From: an uncultured Alphaproteobacteria bacterium
GTDB taxonomy: Bacteria > Pseudomonadota > Alphaproteobacteria > HIMB59 > GCA-002718135
Reading direction: 5' to 3'
Assembly: GCA_902584805.1 (NCBI GenBank)
Contig: CACIBE010000008.1
Coordinates: 5,891-69,890, forward strand
DNA: 64,000 nucleotides
Position 1 is the stretch's first letter. Each line of letters starts with the position of its first letter. The translations under genes were made by a program, and so were the position numbers. Under the pieces are notes generated by a model. The model had not been told where the DNA came from, searched no databases, and saw only the letters and a list, made by a program, of their open reading frames with translations. Shown in pieces: positions 10,469 to 22,450 of this stretch.

Positions 10469-11530
10469 TTGATGGCATTTGCTGAAAATAAAATTGATGT
10501 TCTAAAAAAAATTAAAGATTCTAAATCTTTTGAAGAATTAGAAAAACTTCGATTATATTATTTAGGTAAAAAAGGATTAATACCTGAAGCTTTAAAAGAA
10601 TTAGGTTCTTTGTCGATTGAAGAAAAAAAATCGAAAGGACAGGAATTAAATATTATTAAAAAAGAAATTGAAGAAGGTATTAAAAACCAAAGAACAGAAA
10701 TTGAAAATATTGACATTTCAAACAGGATTAATTTAGAATCAATTGATGTCACTCTACCACCTAATATTTCTGAAAAAGGAAAAATACACCCAATTAGTCA
10801 AACAATATTTAATATTATAGAAATTTTTGGAAATTTAAATTATTCAGTGGAAACAGGCCCAGATATAGAAACAGATTTTAATAATTTTACAGCTTTAAAT
10901 ATTCCAGAACATCATCCAGCAAGAGAAATGCAGGATACTTTTTATATTCAGGATAATGGAGACAAAAATGTTCTTCGAACCCACACCAGCCCTGTTCAAG
11001 TGAGAACTATGCTCAACACAAAACCACCGATTAAAATTATTGTTCCTGGCAGAACTTATAGAAGTGACTCAGATGCTACACATGCTCCTATGTTTCATCA
11101 GGTAGAAGGTTTAGTCGTTGATACAAGTTCTACTATGGTTGATTTAAAATCAACACTCGTTTCCTTCTTAGAAGAATTTTTTGAAGTAAAAAACTTACAA
11201 TACCGTTTTCGCCCTAGCTACTTTCCTTTTACCGAGCCTAGTGCAGAAATGGATGTAGCTTATACCAAAGTAAATAATAAAATAAAAATTGGCGAAGGAG
11301 ATAAATGGTTAGAAATATTGGGTTGTGGAATGGTCAATCCTGTAGTTTTAGATAATTGTAATATTGATTCAAAACAGTATCAGGGTTTTGCTTTTGGTAT
11401 GGGAATTGAGCGTTTGTCGATGCTTAAATATGGTATCACAGATTTAAGAAGTTTTTTTGATCCAAATTATAGATGGTTGGACCATTATGGTTTTAGTATT
11501 TTAGATAATCAAACACGATCAGGGCTATAA
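10469..11530 (+). CDS. pheS: phenylalanine--tRNA ligase alpha subunit
   Basis: 353 aa with class II aaRS motifs (FRPSYFPFTEPS, GFAFGMGIERL). The true start may be the ATG at 10472. Confidence 0.95.
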   Translation: MMAFAENKIDVLKKIKDSKSFEELEKLRLYYLGKKGLIPEALKELGSLSIEEKKSKGQELNIIKKEIEEGIKNQRTEIENIDISNRINLESIDVTLPPNISEKGKIHPISQTIFNIIEIFGNLNYSVETGPDIETDFNNFTALNIPEHHPAREMQDTFYIQDNGDKNVLRTHTSPVQVRTMLNTKPPIKIIVPGRTYRSDSDATHAPMFHQVEGLVVDTSSTMVDLKSTLVSFLEEFFEVKNLQYRFRPSYFPFTEPSAEMDVAYTKVNNKIKIGEGDKWLEILGCGMVNPVVLDNCNIDSKQYQGFAFGMGIERLSMLKYGITDLRSFFDPNYRWLDHYGFSILDNQTRSGL

Positions 11531-13921
11531 ATGAAATTTACATTAGACTGGCTAAAAGATCATTTAGATACTTCTGAAAATTTAAATACCATAACAGACA
11601 CTTTAACTAATATTGGTTTAGAGATTGAAAGTGTAGAAGATAAATCAGAAATATTTAAGAATTTTACAGTAGCTAAAGTTTTAAAAGCAGAAAAACACCC
11701 TGATGCAGATAAGCTTAAAGTATGTCAGGTAGAAACAATAAATGGAAATTATCAAGTTGTGTGCGGTGCTCCAAATGCAAGACAGGGGATGCTAGGGATT
11801 TTTGCACCAGAAAATAGTTATATTCCTGGTACGGACTTACATCTTAAAAAAACAAAAATAAGAGGAGTTGAGTCTTGTGGAATGCTTGTATCAGAAAGAG
11901 AGATGGGTATTTCTGACGAACACGATGGAATTATTGAAATAAAAGATAATTATAAAATTGGTGATTTGTTTAGTAAAATTTTTACAATAGATGAACCTGT
12001 TATTGAAATTAATTTAACACCAAATAGATCTGACTGTTTATCGGTCAGAGGCATTGCAAGAGATTTAGCTGCAGCAGGAATTGGTAAATTAAAAGACATA
12101 AATTATAAAAAAGTTAAAGAATCATTTAAAAGCCCAATTACTTGGAAAAAAGAATTTCAAAATAATAATCTATGTCCTGGAGTAGCAGGTCGATATTTCA
12201 AAAATGTCAAAAATGTAGAAAGCCCTAAATGGCTTCAAGATAGATTAAATGCAATTGGATTAAGACCCATTTCTGCTCTTGTTGACATTACAAATTATAT
12301 TACCTTTGACTTAGGAAGACCACTTCATGTTTACGATGCTGATAAAGTGTCAGGCAATTTAATAATGCGATTAGCTAAGAAAAATGAAAAATGTTTAGCA
12401 TTAAATGAAATTAATTATCAATGTGACAGTGATATGATTGTAATTTCTGATGATGAAAATAAACTTCATGGAATTGGCGGGGTCATGGGTGGCCTTGATA
12501 GTGGTTGTAGTATGGAAACCAAAAACGTTTTTCTTGAAGTTGCGTTATTTGATCCGGTTTCTGTCACTAAAACTGGAAGAAAACTAAATCTTCAAAGTGA
12601 TGCACGTTACCGTTTTGAAAGAGGGATAGATACTGACTCCATCTATTGGGGTGTAGATGCTGCAACTCAAATGATTTTAGAATTATGTGGCGGTGAAGTA
12701 AGCGAGTTCCTTTCCTCAGAAATTAATATAGAAAAAAGTAAACCATTTATGTTTGATACAAATAAAGTGAAGACTTTCGGTGGAATAGAAATCATTAATG
12801 AGGAACAAGAAAAAATTCTAGTTTCACTTGGTTTTTCTGTTAATAAAAAAAAATCAAAATTTGAAATTCAAAGCCCTACTTTTAGACCAGATATTGTTGG
12901 TGAGGCAGATATAGTAGAGGAAATAATTAGAATTTATGGTTATAATAAAATTCCTCTTAAAAAAGTAACTAATCAAGAAGAAAAAAAACAGATTTTAAAT
13001 ACCAACACAAAAACTTTTTATAAAAGTAAAAAAACTATGGCTCTGAATGGATATTCTGAAGTTGTAACTTGGTCTTTTATGGATGAAAATAATGCTAAAA
13101 TCATATCAGATGAAATAATTAGTTTAAAAAATCCTATAAGTACCGATTTAAATACGATGAGACCATCTACGCTTCCAAATTTATTAGAAGCAATCAATCA
13201 AAATAAATCCAGAATGTATCTAAGAGCAAAAATATTTGAAGTAGGTCCAAATTTTTCTAAATCACTACCTGACCAACAAGAAAATGTTGCTACTGCTATA
13301 GCTTATGGCTCATCTGATGAACAAAATTGGTTATCAAATAAAAAAAATATTGATGTCTTTAGTATAAAAGCTGATTTATTTTCTATTTTAGCTGATTTAA
13401 ATGTACCTATAGATAATTTGCTATATGAAAAATTAGAAGGTAAAATTTATCATCCTGGCAAATCATCTTCTTTGAGGCTTGGTAAAAACAAAATAGCTAA
13501 TTTTGGAGAATTACATCCAGTTCTATTAAAAACAATGGATATTAATTTCAAGGTATATGGTTTTGAAATATATTTGGAGAATATTTCACAATTTCAAGAG
13601 AATAAATCTTCTTCAAAAGGAGGTTTCACTAACAATCCCTATCAAATGGTTGAAAGAGACTTTGCCTTTCTTTTCCCAAAAGAAGTAAAGGCTGGTGAGA
13701 TAATTAAAAAAGTAAAAAAAATAGATAAAAATATAATTCAAAACGTAATGATATTTGATGTTTATGATGGAGATAAACTTCCAGAAAATAAAAAAAGTAT
13801 TGCTTTTAGGGTTTTACTTCAACCTCAAGATAAAACATTCAACGACCAAGAAATTGAGGAATTATCAAACAAAATAATAGATGAAATATCTCAATCTCTT
13901 GATGCATCTATTAGAAACTAA
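11531..13921 (+). CDS. pheT: phenylalanine--tRNA ligase beta subunit
   Basis: 796 aa with the tRNA-binding domain, B3/4 and B5 domains and a C-terminal FDX-ACB domain. The start abuts the pheS stop. Confidence 0.95.
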   Translation: MKFTLDWLKDHLDTSENLNTITDTLTNIGLEIESVEDKSEIFKNFTVAKVLKAEKHPDADKLKVCQVETINGNYQVVCGAPNARQGMLGIFAPENSYIPGTDLHLKKTKIRGVESCGMLVSEREMGISDEHDGIIEIKDNYKIGDLFSKIFTIDEPVIEINLTPNRSDCLSVRGIARDLAAAGIGKLKDINYKKVKESFKSPITWKKEFQNNNLCPGVAGRYFKNVKNVESPKWLQDRLNAIGLRPISALVDITNYITFDLGRPLHVYDADKVSGNLIMRLAKKNEKCLALNEINYQCDSDMIVISDDENKLHGIGGVMGGLDSGCSMETKNVFLEVALFDPVSVTKTGRKLNLQSDARYRFERGIDTDSIYWGVDAATQMILELCGGEVSEFLSSEINIEKSKPFMFDTNKVKTFGGIEIINEEQEKILVSLGFSVNKKKSKFEIQSPTFRPDIVGEADIVEEIIRIYGYNKIPLKKVTNQEEKKQILNTNTKTFYKSKKTMALNGYSEVVTWSFMDENNAKIISDEIISLKNPISTDLNTMRPSTLPNLLEAINQNKSRMYLRAKIFEVGPNFSKSLPDQQENVATAIAYGSSDEQNWLSNKKNIDVFSIKADLFSILADLNVPIDNLLYEKLEGKIYHPGKSSSLRLGKNKIANFGELHPVLLKTMDINFKVYGFEIYLENISQFQENKSSSKGGFTNNPYQMVERDFAFLFPKEVKAGEIIKKVKKIDKNIIQNVMIFDVYDGDKLPENKKSIAFRVLLQPQDKTFNDQEIEELSNKIIDEISQSLDASIRN

Positions 13922-15723
13922 TGACAGAACTTAGTTCTATTCGTAATTTCTCAATTGTAGCTCACATTGATCATGGAAAATCAACGTTAGCCGATAGACT
14001 AATACAGTTTTGCGGTGGTTTAACTGATAGAGAAATGAAAGAACAGGTTCTAGACTCAATGGAATTAGAAAGAGAAAGAGGTATTACAATAAAAGCTCAA
14101 ACAGTTAGACTTTCCTACAAATCAAAAGATGGCAAAACTTACATACTTAATATTATGGACACTCCAGGTCATGTTGATTTTTCATATGAGGTATCAAGAT
14201 CTTTAGCAGCATGCGAGGGGTCTTTGTTAATTGTTGATTCTACTCAGGGTGTTGAGGCACAAACATTAGCTAATGCGTACCAGGCTATTAATAATGATCA
14301 TGAAATTTTGCCAGTGCTTAATAAAATTGATCTTCCCTCATCTGAGCCAGATAAAATAAAATCACAAATTGAAGATGTTCTTGGTATTGAAACAGAAAAT
14401 GCTTCTCTTGTTTCAGCAAAAACAGGTGCAGGTATAGAAGATTTATTAAATAAAATCATAACACTTCTTCCATCTCCATCAGGTGAAATAAGCAAAGAAT
14501 TAAAATGTATGTTAGTTGATAGTTGGTATGACAGTTATCTTGGTGTCGTGGTACTTGTTAGAGTGATAAATGGAGAGCTAAAAAAAGGTCAAAAAATTAG
14601 ATTTATGGCAACAGGTGCAACATATACAATTGACAGAGTGGGGATTTTTTCTCCTAAAGCAACTGAAGTTGATACACTTGGACCAGGAGAAATAGGTTTC
14701 ATAAATTCTGGTATTAAAAGTGTTTCCGATTGTAAAGTTGGTGACACAATAACAGATGATAAACTTCCAACTGAAGATGTTCTTCCAGGTTTCAAACCAT
14801 CTCAACCGGTCGTTTTTTGTGGAATGTTTCCTGTCGACTCAGATGACTATGAACATATGAGAGATAGTATGTCTAAACTTGCATTAAATGATTCAAGCTT
14901 TTCTTATGAACCAGAAGTAAGTCCAGCATTAGGTTATGGTTTTCGTTGTGGTTTCTTAGGTTTACTACATTTAGAAATTATCAGAGACCGGTTTGAAAGA
15001 GAATTTAATTTAGAACTTGTAACTACTGCCCCATCAGTAGTTTATAAAATATTAATGAAAGATGGATCAACTATAAATCTGCATAATCCTACTGATATGC
15101 CAGATCCAGTAAAAGTTGAAAATATTTCAGAACCTTGGATAAAGGCAACAATTATTGTGCCTGAAGAATTTTTAGGCTCAGTATTAGAATTATGTACTTC
15201 AAAAAGAGGTATTCAGCTAAATATGAGTTATGCAGGAAATAGACCATTAGTTGAGTATAAACTTCCACTTAATGAAGTTGTTTTTGATTTTTATGATAGA
15301 TTAAAATCAATTACAAAAGGCTATGCAAGCTTTGACTATGAAATTACTGGATATGAGGTGAATAATTTAGTGAAAGTTGGAATACTTATAAACGGCGATC
15401 CTGTTGATGCACTTTCATTAATAGTCCATAAAGAAAGATCTGAACAAAGAGGTAGAGCTTTATGTGAAAGACTAAAAGATCTTATACCAAGACAACAATT
15501 TAAAGTAGCCATTCAAGCAGCAATAGGTGGAAAAGTAATTGCTAGAGAAACAGTAGCCTCATTCAGAAAAGATGTAACACAAAAATTATATGGTGGAGAT
15601 GTCACTAGAAAAAATAAACTTTTAGACAAACAAAAAAAAGGTAAAAAAAGAATGAGACAGTTTGGAAAAGTTGATATCCCCCAAAATACTTTTTTAAATG
15701 CTTTAAAAATGAACAATAATTAA
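13921..15723 (+). CDS. lepA: elongation factor 4 (LepA)
   Basis: 600 aa. G1 [10 protein letters not shown]3 [12 protein letters not shown] and the LepA C-terminal domain. TAATG overlap with pheT. Confidence 0.95.
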   Translation: MTELSSIRNFSIVAHIDHGKSTLADRLIQFCGGLTDREMKEQVLDSMELERERGITIKAQTVRLSYKSKDGKTYILNIMDTPGHVDFSYEVSRSLAACEGSLLIVDSTQGVEAQTLANAYQAINNDHEILPVLNKIDLPSSEPDKIKSQIEDVLGIETENASLVSAKTGAGIEDLLNKIITLLPSPSGEISKELKCMLVDSWYDSYLGVVVLVRVINGELKKGQKIRFMATGATYTIDRVGIFSPKATEVDTLGPGEIGFINSGIKSVSDCKVGDTITDDKLPTEDVLPGFKPSQPVVFCGMFPVDSDDYEHMRDSMSKLALNDSSFSYEPEVSPALGYGFRCGFLGLLHLEIIRDRFEREFNLELVTTAPSVVYKILMKDGSTINLHNPTDMPDPVKVENISEPWIKATIIVPEEFLGSVLELCTSKRGIQLNMSYAGNRPLVEYKLPLNEVVFDFYDRLKSITKGYASFDYEITGYEVNNLVKVGILINGDPVDALSLIVHKERSEQRGRALCERLKDLIPRQQFKVAIQAAIGGKVIARETVASFRKDVTQKLYGGDVTRKNKLLDKQKKGKKRMRQFGKVDIPQNTFLNALKMNNN

Positions 15724-17237
15724 TTTTTAATTCTTTCTAAAATTTTACCATTTTCTATTGGAGGCCAAACATTATACCTTTCGTTGTACCAACTAATTCT
15801 ATTGATGTTTTCATATACGAAATAAAAAATTATAAGTAATAATATAACTTTTGAATATTTAATTGTAAAATTATAATTTTTTCTTAACATTAATATCCAT
15901 ATTGGAAGTACCAATGTTATTAATAATGACAAATTATAAAAAATTCCGAATCTATATGCTGGAGCGTAAATAAACCAAATAGTATTGCAAACAAGTAATA
16001 TTAATAAAAAATATTTGTAATTAAGATCTAAATATTTTTTTTTAAAAAAATTAAATGATATTTCCATCCTGTTGTTTTTTTTAAATAAAAAATAAATAAT
16101 AGGCGTTATAAGTATAAGAAAATATATAAAGTATGTTTCAAGTAATTTATTGAAATGATTAAAAAACCACACTTTGATCCAATCAAAATTATTTACTATC
16201 ATTGTCGTTGTAATATCTCCTTTAGCAAAAGATTCTATGAGATACGTTTCATAAATTGCTGATTCCTTATTTGTAAAACACACCATACTAATTGGCCAAA
16301 TTAAACATCCGCTAATTATGAAATTTTGAAAAATCCATGGCAATGGATAAAATGAAATAAGTAAAATCATCCAGTATTTTTTACTTTTCTGACTAAGTTT
16401 AAAAAATAAGAATACTAAGAATAAAAAGATGAGGACATTAGTAATTTTTATTATGAATGCAAAATAGCCAAGTAAAAGTAAAAATAAAAAATCATTATTT
16501 ATTGTTTCAAAATCTTTATTATAAAAATAATTAAAAATAATAATTAACATATACATACTGATAATAACACCTGGTATATCAGTACCCAAATCTTTGTAAT
16601 TATTTAAAACTCCTAAGAAAAAAATTAAAATGAAAAAAGATAAAATTGATAAATAATAGTTTTTATTTTTTGTTATTACTAATGATAGTTTTAAAAAATC
16701 ATAAATACTAATAGTAAAAAATAAAGAAGTTAAAATAAATAATGTACTATTTAAATAACTTAATGAAAAAATAGAGGTTAAAAATAACCAATGAGAATTA
16801 TAACTTATTCTTCTATCGTGTAAGATTTCATATAAATTTTTATTTTTAAAATTTTTTATTGTTTCGAAATGATAAATAAAATCATCACTTATTCCTGCAT
16901 AAAAACAATAAATAAAACTAAATATTAAAACAAAAAATAGAAAATTTAATTCAGGTTTTATTCTTTTAATTTTTAAAAAATTAATTATGTATAATAATGT
17001 TCCTATTAATATTGTTATTATAGATAACGTATCTGAGATTGGATAAAAAAAATTTATAAAAATGAAAACTAACCCAATAAAAATTAATCCTTGTATAAAA
17101 ATTAAATTTTTAAGTTCTATTTTATCTTCGTTAATATAAGTATATTTATTAAAAAAAATACCATATCCTAAAATACATGTTAAAATCAAAAGTGATAAAA
17201 CTGGAAATAAAATTAGGTCAATAAAATTTATATTCAT
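15720..17237 (-). CDS. uncharacterised polytopic membrane protein (paralogue A); candidate GT-C or polymerase-like glycan enzyme
   Basis: 505 aa with more than 10 predicted hydrophobic helices. It shares the motifs DLGTDIP and [13 protein letters not shown], at similar spacing, with the 603-aa protein at 22451-24262. Confidence 0.6.
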   Translation of the reverse strand: MNINFIDLILFPVLSLLILTCILGYGIFFNKYTYINEDKIELKNLIFIQGLIFIGLVFIFINFFYPISDTLSIITILIGTLLYIINFLKIKRIKPELNFLFFVLIFSFIYCFYAGISDDFIYHFETIKNFKNKNLYEILHDRRISYNSHWLFLTSIFSLSYLNSTLFILTSLFFTISIYDFLKLSLVITKNKNYYLSILSFFILIFFLGVLNNYKDLGTDIPGVIISMYMLIIIFNYFYNKDFETINNDFLFLLLLGYFAFIIKITNVLIFLFLVFLFFKLSQKSKKYWMILLISFYPLPWIFQNFIISGCLIWPISMVCFTNKESAIYETYLIESFAKGDITTTMIVNNFDWIKVWFFNHFNKLLETYFIYFLILITPIIYFLFKKNNRMEISFNFFKKKYLDLNYKYFLLILLVCNTIWFIYAPAYRFGIFYNLSLLITLVLPIWILMLRKNYNFTIKYSKVILLLIIFYFVYENINRISWYNERYNVWPPIENGKILERIKN

Positions 17238-17246
17238 ATTTATAAA

Positions 17247-18140
17247 TTAACATCTGAAGAATTTTTCAAGAAATTTTGTTGTCTTACAAGAAATATCAAT
17301 TAGTTCTCTTGAAAGTTCGTTTCTATTTGATTGTATTATTTTTTCAAAATTATTTAAAAGAGATGATACTGGTGTTATATTATTTGCAAATATAAATTTA
17401 TTATTAAAGTATAGTTTATGTTTTACCATATCATTTAAAATAAAAGTATTGTCATTAAATTTTATTTTCATTTTTCTTAATTTCTTTTTGAATAAATTAC
17501 CTGTTATAATTTTTACCTTTATTTTCTTATTTATTTTAAAAGAAAATTTTGACACAATTCCTTTACCGTAAAAGTTATTTGATTTAATTATTTTCATATC
17601 AATATTTGTTACTTTCTCTACTTCAAAAAGAAGAAATAGAAGCGATATTGAGTGAAATCCCCAGTCCCAAATAGGATGAATATTTTTTCTGAATGGACCA
17701 AAATTTCCCTCATATATTATTATTTCATTTATCTTTTTATATTTCTCATGGGTAAATTTTTTTAACTCCATAAAGCTTTCAGAAAAATAATTAGTAAGAT
17801 TTGGTAAAGCAATCAAATTGTACTTTTCTATAATATTTTTTAATTCCTTAATATTCTCATATGAATCACTAATTGGTTTCTCTAAAATAATAGGAATTTT
17901 ATAATTTTTAATAAGTTTTACTATCTCCAAGTTTAGTTTGGGTTCTGCTGCTACATAAATAGAATCATTAATTTTTGAATTTATCATTTTATCTATTGAA
18001 TCAAAAATTATTGTTTTAGGAATATTTTCTTTTTTTTTTCTACAAACTATAGAGGTTAAATTAAATTTATTATTTTTATTTATCTCATTAATAATCTTTG
18101 ATGCCCAATTTCCACAACCAACAACAGCAATATTAATCAT
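17247..18140 (-). CDS. Gfo/Idh/MocA-family NAD(P)-dependent oxidoreductase
   Basis: 297 aa with an N-terminal Rossmann fold (INIAVVGCGNWASKI) and an EKP motif (ILEKPIS). Confidence 0.6.
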   Translation of the reverse strand: MINIAVVGCGNWASKIINEINKNNKFNLTSIVCRKKKENIPKTIIFDSIDKMINSKINDSIYVAAEPKLNLEIVKLIKNYKIPIILEKPISDSYENIKELKNIIEKYNLIALPNLTNYFSESFMELKKFTHEKYKKINEIIIYEGNFGPFRKNIHPIWDWGFHSISLLFLLFEVEKVTNIDMKIIKSNNFYGKGIVSKFSFKINKKIKVKIITGNLFKKKLRKMKIKFNDNTFILNDMVKHKLYFNNKFIFANNITPVSSLLNNFEKIIQSNRNELSRELIDISCKTTKFLEKFFRC

Positions 18141-19180
18141 TAATAAATTTTATAATTATCTTTTGCCCAATCTAAGAAATATTTTAATCCTTTCTCTAAT
18201 TTTACTTTGCTTTTATATTTTAGATCTTTTTTTGCTTTATTTAAGTCCGGACATCTCCTTTGTGGTTCATCATTTGGGTAAGATTTTGGATGAGAGATAA
18301 AAATAGCTTTTACATTTTTATTATGTATTTTTTTTAAGATTTTATAAATATCTTTTACTGAAACTTCAGGTTTATTAGTTCCTATATTATAAGCATCTCC
18401 AGACTTACCAAAACACATAACTCTTATAAATCCTTCAATAGCATCTGTAATATAACAATATGTTCTTGTTTGATTGCCAGATCCATAAATATTTAATTTC
18501 TTATTGTTTAGGATATTACTTATAAAATTAGGGAATATTCTATAATCTTTTTGACCCATACCAGGGCCATAAATATTAAAAGGTCTAATAATATTTATAT
18601 GTAATTTATGATATTTATTAAATATATAACAAATTGTTTCACCTAATCTTTTGCTTTCATCGTAGCAAGCTCTTGGGCCCATAGAACTGACATTACCTCT
18701 ATAAGTTTCTTTTGTAGGAACATTGTATTTATCTGGGTCACCATATATCTCACTTGAACTAAAAAAAATAAATTTAGCTTTTTGTTTTTTTGCAAACTCT
18801 AGTAAGTTCCTTGTTCCATTTATAGCTACGTCTAAAGTTTCTATTGGTTTTTTTCTATAATAAAATGGACTAGCTATACCTGCAGCATGAATTATTATAT
18901 CCACTTTCATATTTATATCAAATTTTTTGGAGACATCTTTTTTTATAAATTTAAAATTTTTAGAATTTAATGATTTTGTATTTTTTAATGTCTTATCATA
19001 AATAATCACTCTTACAGGTTTTTTTAAATATTTGTTATATTCTTTAAAAACTTCTACAAAATATTTACCTAAAAATCCATTTCCTCCAGTAATTAATATA
19101 TTCTTTCCACTAAAATATTTAGAAATAATTTTTGTATTTTTTATTATTTTATCAATATCTTTTTCTAAAAAAAAACTCAT
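18140..19180 (-). CDS. NAD-dependent epimerase/dehydratase, UDP-glucuronate decarboxylase (UXS/ArnA-C)-like
   Basis: 346 aa with ILITGGNGFLGKY, SSSEIYGDP, the catalytic YDESKR, and RPFNIYGPGM. Confidence 0.8.
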   Translation of the reverse strand: MSFFLEKDIDKIIKNTKIISKYFSGKNILITGGNGFLGKYFVEVFKEYNKYLKKPVRVIIYDKTLKNTKSLNSKNFKFIKKDVSKKFDINMKVDIIIHAAGIASPFYYRKKPIETLDVAINGTRNLLEFAKKQKAKFIFFSSSEIYGDPDKYNVPTKETYRGNVSSMGPRACYDESKRLGETICYIFNKYHKLHINIIRPFNIYGPGMGQKDYRIFPNFISNILNNKKLNIYGSGNQTRTYCYITDAIEGFIRVMCFGKSGDAYNIGTNKPEVSVKDIYKILKKIHNKNVKAIFISHPKSYPNDEPQRRCPDLNKAKKDLKYKSKVKLEKGLKYFLDWAKDNYKIY

Positions 19181-20361
19181 TATAGCTTTCTAAATGGTAT
19201 AGGTTTGTAAAATTGTATTTTGGTTTTGCCAAAATATTTTTTAATATCATTAAAATATTCATAAGCAAATACTATTACTGTATCAATTTGATTGGTAATA
19301 TTATTTTTTCTTGGCAGAATTTTAATATGCATCCCAGGAGAAAATCTATTTTGTTTCAGTGGACTATCATCGATAATATACTCAATTAAATTAGAATTTA
19401 TTTTTGCAACATTTGTAATTGTCGAAACCCTAGCTGGAGAGCCATATCCAATAATTTTACTACCTTTCTTCTTTAGATTGGTTAGTTTGTCTTTAAGAAT
19501 TTTAGAACTTTGATAAATTTTATTATTAAATTTTTTAAATTTACTCAGACTTAACTGTTTTTTCTCATCATTTAATATTATTTTACATCTATTTGTAATT
19601 TTTGTATTTTTAGAATTTTTAATAAAACATCGTAATGATCCACCATGAGTATTTATTTTCTCTATATCATATAAAGCCATACCAACATTTTTAAAAAGTT
19701 TTTTTACGGAATTTGCTGAGTAATAAAATGGTCTATCAAAATAAAATCTTTCAAACTCTAAGTTTTTCAAAAAATTTTGCAGATATTCTATCTCAATTAT
19801 TAAAGTTCCATCTTTTTTTAATAAACGCTTAATATCTTTTGCAAACTTAATAGGTTTTTCTAAATGTGTAACAACACTAGAAGCAACTATTAAATCAGGT
19901 TTTTCATATTTTTTTAATATTTTTTTAATAATATTAATGTCAAAAAAACCTACAAAAGTTTCTAAACCTCTATCATTAGCTATTTTACCAACATTAATTG
20001 ACGGATCTATACCTATTGATTTCACTTTTAATTTCCTAAGAGGTTTTAATAAAATACCATCATTAGATCCTATATCTACTACGAAATTATATTTTTTAAT
20101 CTTTAAAGCCAGGTCCTCAAAATGTTCTCTTAATTTTTTATTTACAGACGATAGATAATAATAATCTTCAAATAAAATATTTCTATTTACTATTTTTTTT
20201 ATTTGTCCTGATCTACAACTTCCACAGAATAATATTTTTAGTGTAAATTTTTTTTCATTATTAATTTCTAAATTATTTTTTGGGTATTTATTAGCTAATG
20301 GTTGCTTTCCAAGATTTATTACCTCAGATATATTATTAGAATTACAAATTTTACACTTCAT
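19180..20361 (-). CDS. SAM-dependent NDP-sugar C-methyltransferase-like protein (TylCIII-like architecture)
   Basis: 393 aa. N-terminal Zn-ribbon (CKICNS...CGSCRSGQ), class I MTase motif I (VVDIGSNDG) and a C-methyltransferase-type C-terminal domain (IIGYGSPARVSTITN...IDDSPLKQNRFSPG). Confidence 0.7.
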   Translation of the reverse strand: MKCKICNSNNISEVINLGKQPLANKYPKNNLEINNEKKFTLKILFCGSCRSGQIKKIVNRNILFEDYYYLSSVNKKLREHFEDLALKIKKYNFVVDIGSNDGILLKPLRKLKVKSIGIDPSINVGKIANDRGLETFVGFFDINIIKKILKKYEKPDLIVASSVVTHLEKPIKFAKDIKRLLKKDGTLIIEIEYLQNFLKNLEFERFYFDRPFYYSANSVKKLFKNVGMALYDIEKINTHGGSLRCFIKNSKNTKITNRCKIILNDEKKQLSLSKFKKFNNKIYQSSKILKDKLTNLKKKGSKIIGYGSPARVSTITNVAKINSNLIEYIIDDSPLKQNRFSPGMHIKILPRKNNITNQIDTVIVFAYEYFNDIKKYFGKTKIQFYKPIPFRKL

Positions 20362-21056
20362 ATAAAATATTTTTTAATTTTAGTCGCAAATATCCAGTAT
20401 ATGACTGAAAATACATCATAATATCTTATTTTCTTACCTTCATTATATGTCCTTCCATGATAGTTAACACCTATTTCAAATATTTTTGAGTTTTTATTAA
20501 CTACGTATGTCAAAATCTCTGCTTGTTGACCCCAATTATTACATTTTAAGTTTTCTACATTTATTGAATTTCTTCTAAACATACAATAGCAACAATAAAT
20601 GTCAGTGAAGGTAGTATTATTTAAAAGATTGAATAAAAATGTAATAAATTTATTCCCTAACATATGCCAGAAATGCAAAACAGACCTACGTGTTCCAATA
20701 AATCGACTTCCCATTATAAGATCGTAGTTGAACCTTTTATTTTCCTCCAAAAAAACTTTGATATCGTTTGGATCATACTCTAGATCTGCATCTTGTATTA
20801 AAATGTAATCAAGATTACAATTTTTAATTCCTTCAATAACAGCTTTTCCTTTTCCAGAATTTTTTTTTAAGTGAATAGCTTTGCTGAATAAATTTTCATT
20901 ATTATCTATGATTTCCTTGGATTTATCTGAAGATCCATCATTAACAATAATAACTTCGAGATCGCAGATAGTATGTAATTTCTTAACTTTATTTAATACG
21001 TTTAATAGAGTTTTTTCCTCATTATAAACTGGTATTATTATACTCAGACTTTGCAT
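20358..21056 (-). CDS. glycosyltransferase family 2 (DPM1/ArnC-like catalytic domain, no TM segment evident)
   Basis: 232 aa with IIIPVYNEE, VNDGSSD and the QDADLEYDP (DXD) motif. Confidence 0.8.
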   Translation of the reverse strand: MQSLSIIIPVYNEEKTLLNVLNKVKKLHTICDLEVIIVNDGSSDKSKEIIDNNENLFSKAIHLKKNSGKGKAVIEGIKNCNLDYILIQDADLEYDPNDIKVFLEENKRFNYDLIMGSRFIGTRRSVLHFWHMLGNKFITFLFNLLNNTTFTDIYCCYCMFRRNSINVENLKCNNWGQQAEILTYVVNKNSKIFEIGVNYHGRTYNEGKKIRYYDVFSVIYWIFATKIKKYFI

Positions 21057-21137
21057 AAAAATTTATTTATTTTAATATGTTTAAAGTTATATATTCTATT
21101 CAATATAAAGAAATAAATAAGTTTTATAATAATAACT

Positions 21138-21227
21138 GGAGAGATGTGAGAGCGGTTTAATCAGCACGCTTGGAAAGCGTGTGTAGTAGCAATACTACCG
21201 AGGGTTCGAATCCCTCTCTCTCCGCCA
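21138..21227 (+). tRNA. tRNA-Ser (anticodon GGA), CCA encoded
   Basis: Manual cloverleaf. Acceptor GGAGAGA/TCTCTCC, 3-bp D stem TGA/TCA, anticodon stem CACGC/GCGTG with loop TTGGAAA. Long variable arm GTAGTA-gcaa-TACTAC, T arm GAGGG-TTCGAAT-CCCTC, then discriminator G and CCA. A weak hairpin plus T-run follows. Confidence 0.95.
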
Positions 21228-21365
21228 TAAAATGGCTATTTTCATTAAACAATTTATCAATAAAAACTGTTTTGTCCCAGATAGTTCTTACAAGTACTCC
21301 TGATATTTTTAATTTATGGTATAGCTAATTTATGAAAATATTTTTGAAAGATTAGAAAGAGAAAA

Positions 21366-22442
21366 ATGAAAAAAAATATTTCAATAATTATCCCAACATT
21401 AGATGAGAAAGAAAATATAAATAAACTTTTTTATGAAATCAAAAAAAATTTAGATAATCAAAATATAATATGGGAAGTAATATTTGTAGATGATAGTGAA
21501 GACAACCAAACAGTAAATGAAATAAATAAATTACAAAATATTGAAAATAACATTTGTCTTATTAAAAGATTTGAAAATAGAGGCTTGTCATCAGCATTAA
21601 TTCAAGGTGCTTTATCATCAAATGCTGAATACGTTATTTTTATTGATGGTGATTTACAGCATCCGCCAAGTAAAATAAAAAATTTGTATGATGAAATTCG
21701 AAATAAAAATTTAGATATAGTTTCTGCTAGTAGATTTTTAGAGACAAATGAATTTTTACATCAAAAAAGATACAAAGCTTCCTTGTTTGTAAATTACCTT
21801 TTAAAGAAATTATTTAAAATTAATTATTCAGATGTATTAACTGGATACTTTATAGTACGTAATCAATTTTTAAAAAAAAATTATAAAAAATTATCTAATA
21901 TTGGATTTAAGTTGTTACTTGATATTATTCTGACTACAAAAAATACAATTAAATATTCTGAAATCCCATTTAAATTTCAAAAAAGATACAGTGGAGAGAG
22001 TAAATTAAACAGTAAAGTATTAATAGATTTTATTGCTTTAATAATTGATAAGTTAATAGGTAAAATTATACCTGCTAGATATTTTATTTATTCATTTATT
22101 GGCTCACTTGGAGTAATTTTTCAACTAGGAGTATTTTATATATTGCAGTTTTTTTTAAATTTTATTCCATCTCTACTTTTTAGTATAATACTTACAATAT
22201 TCTTTAATTTTATCTTAAATAATGAAATTACATACTCAGATTTAAAAAAAAGAGGAAAATTATTTTATATGGGTTTAATTAAATACTACTTTTTTTGTTC
22301 ATTTGGCGCAGTTTTTAATTTTATTATTGCAAAAATGTTATACGACAATTTACTCAATATATATTTTGCTGTTTTACTTGGTGCTTTTGTTGGTAGTGTT
22401 TGGAACTATTCAATGAATACATCTTATAACTGGAAAAAATAG
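21366..22442 (+). CDS. polyprenol-phosphate glycosyltransferase (GT2, GtrB/Dpm1-like) fused to a GtrA-like membrane domain
   Basis: 358 aa. The N-terminal half has IIIPTLDE, VDDSEDN and IDGDLQHPP. The C-terminal ~130 aa form four hydrophobic helices ending in WNYSMNTSYNW, typical of the GtrA family. Confidence 0.75.
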   Translation: MKKNISIIIPTLDEKENINKLFYEIKKNLDNQNIIWEVIFVDDSEDNQTVNEINKLQNIENNICLIKRFENRGLSSALIQGALSSNAEYVIFIDGDLQHPPSKIKNLYDEIRNKNLDIVSASRFLETNEFLHQKRYKASLFVNYLLKKLFKINYSDVLTGYFIVRNQFLKKNYKKLSNIGFKLLLDIILTTKNTIKYSEIPFKFQKRYSGESKLNSKVLIDFIALIIDKLIGKIIPARYFIYSFIGSLGVIFQLGVFYILQFFLNFIPSLLFSIILTIFFNFILNNEITYSDLKKRGKLFYMGLIKYYFFCSFGAVFNFIIAKMLYDNLLNIYFAVLLGAFVGSVWNYSMNTSYNWKK

Positions 22443-22450
22443 TGAATTTG

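Noticed and set aside
21138-21227. tRNA-Ser as the attachment site of a mobile island
   Set aside because: I saw no integrase, transposase, phage gene or direct repeat of the tRNA 3' end. The mobile-element call is not supported, so only the weaker hot-spot hypothesis is kept.
21233-21304. 23-codon ORF (MAIFIKQFINKNCFVPDSSYKYS) just after tRNA-Ser, possibly a gene remnant or attachment-site scar
   Set aside because: It is too short, has no homology I can recognise and no RBS. I mention it only as context for the island finding.
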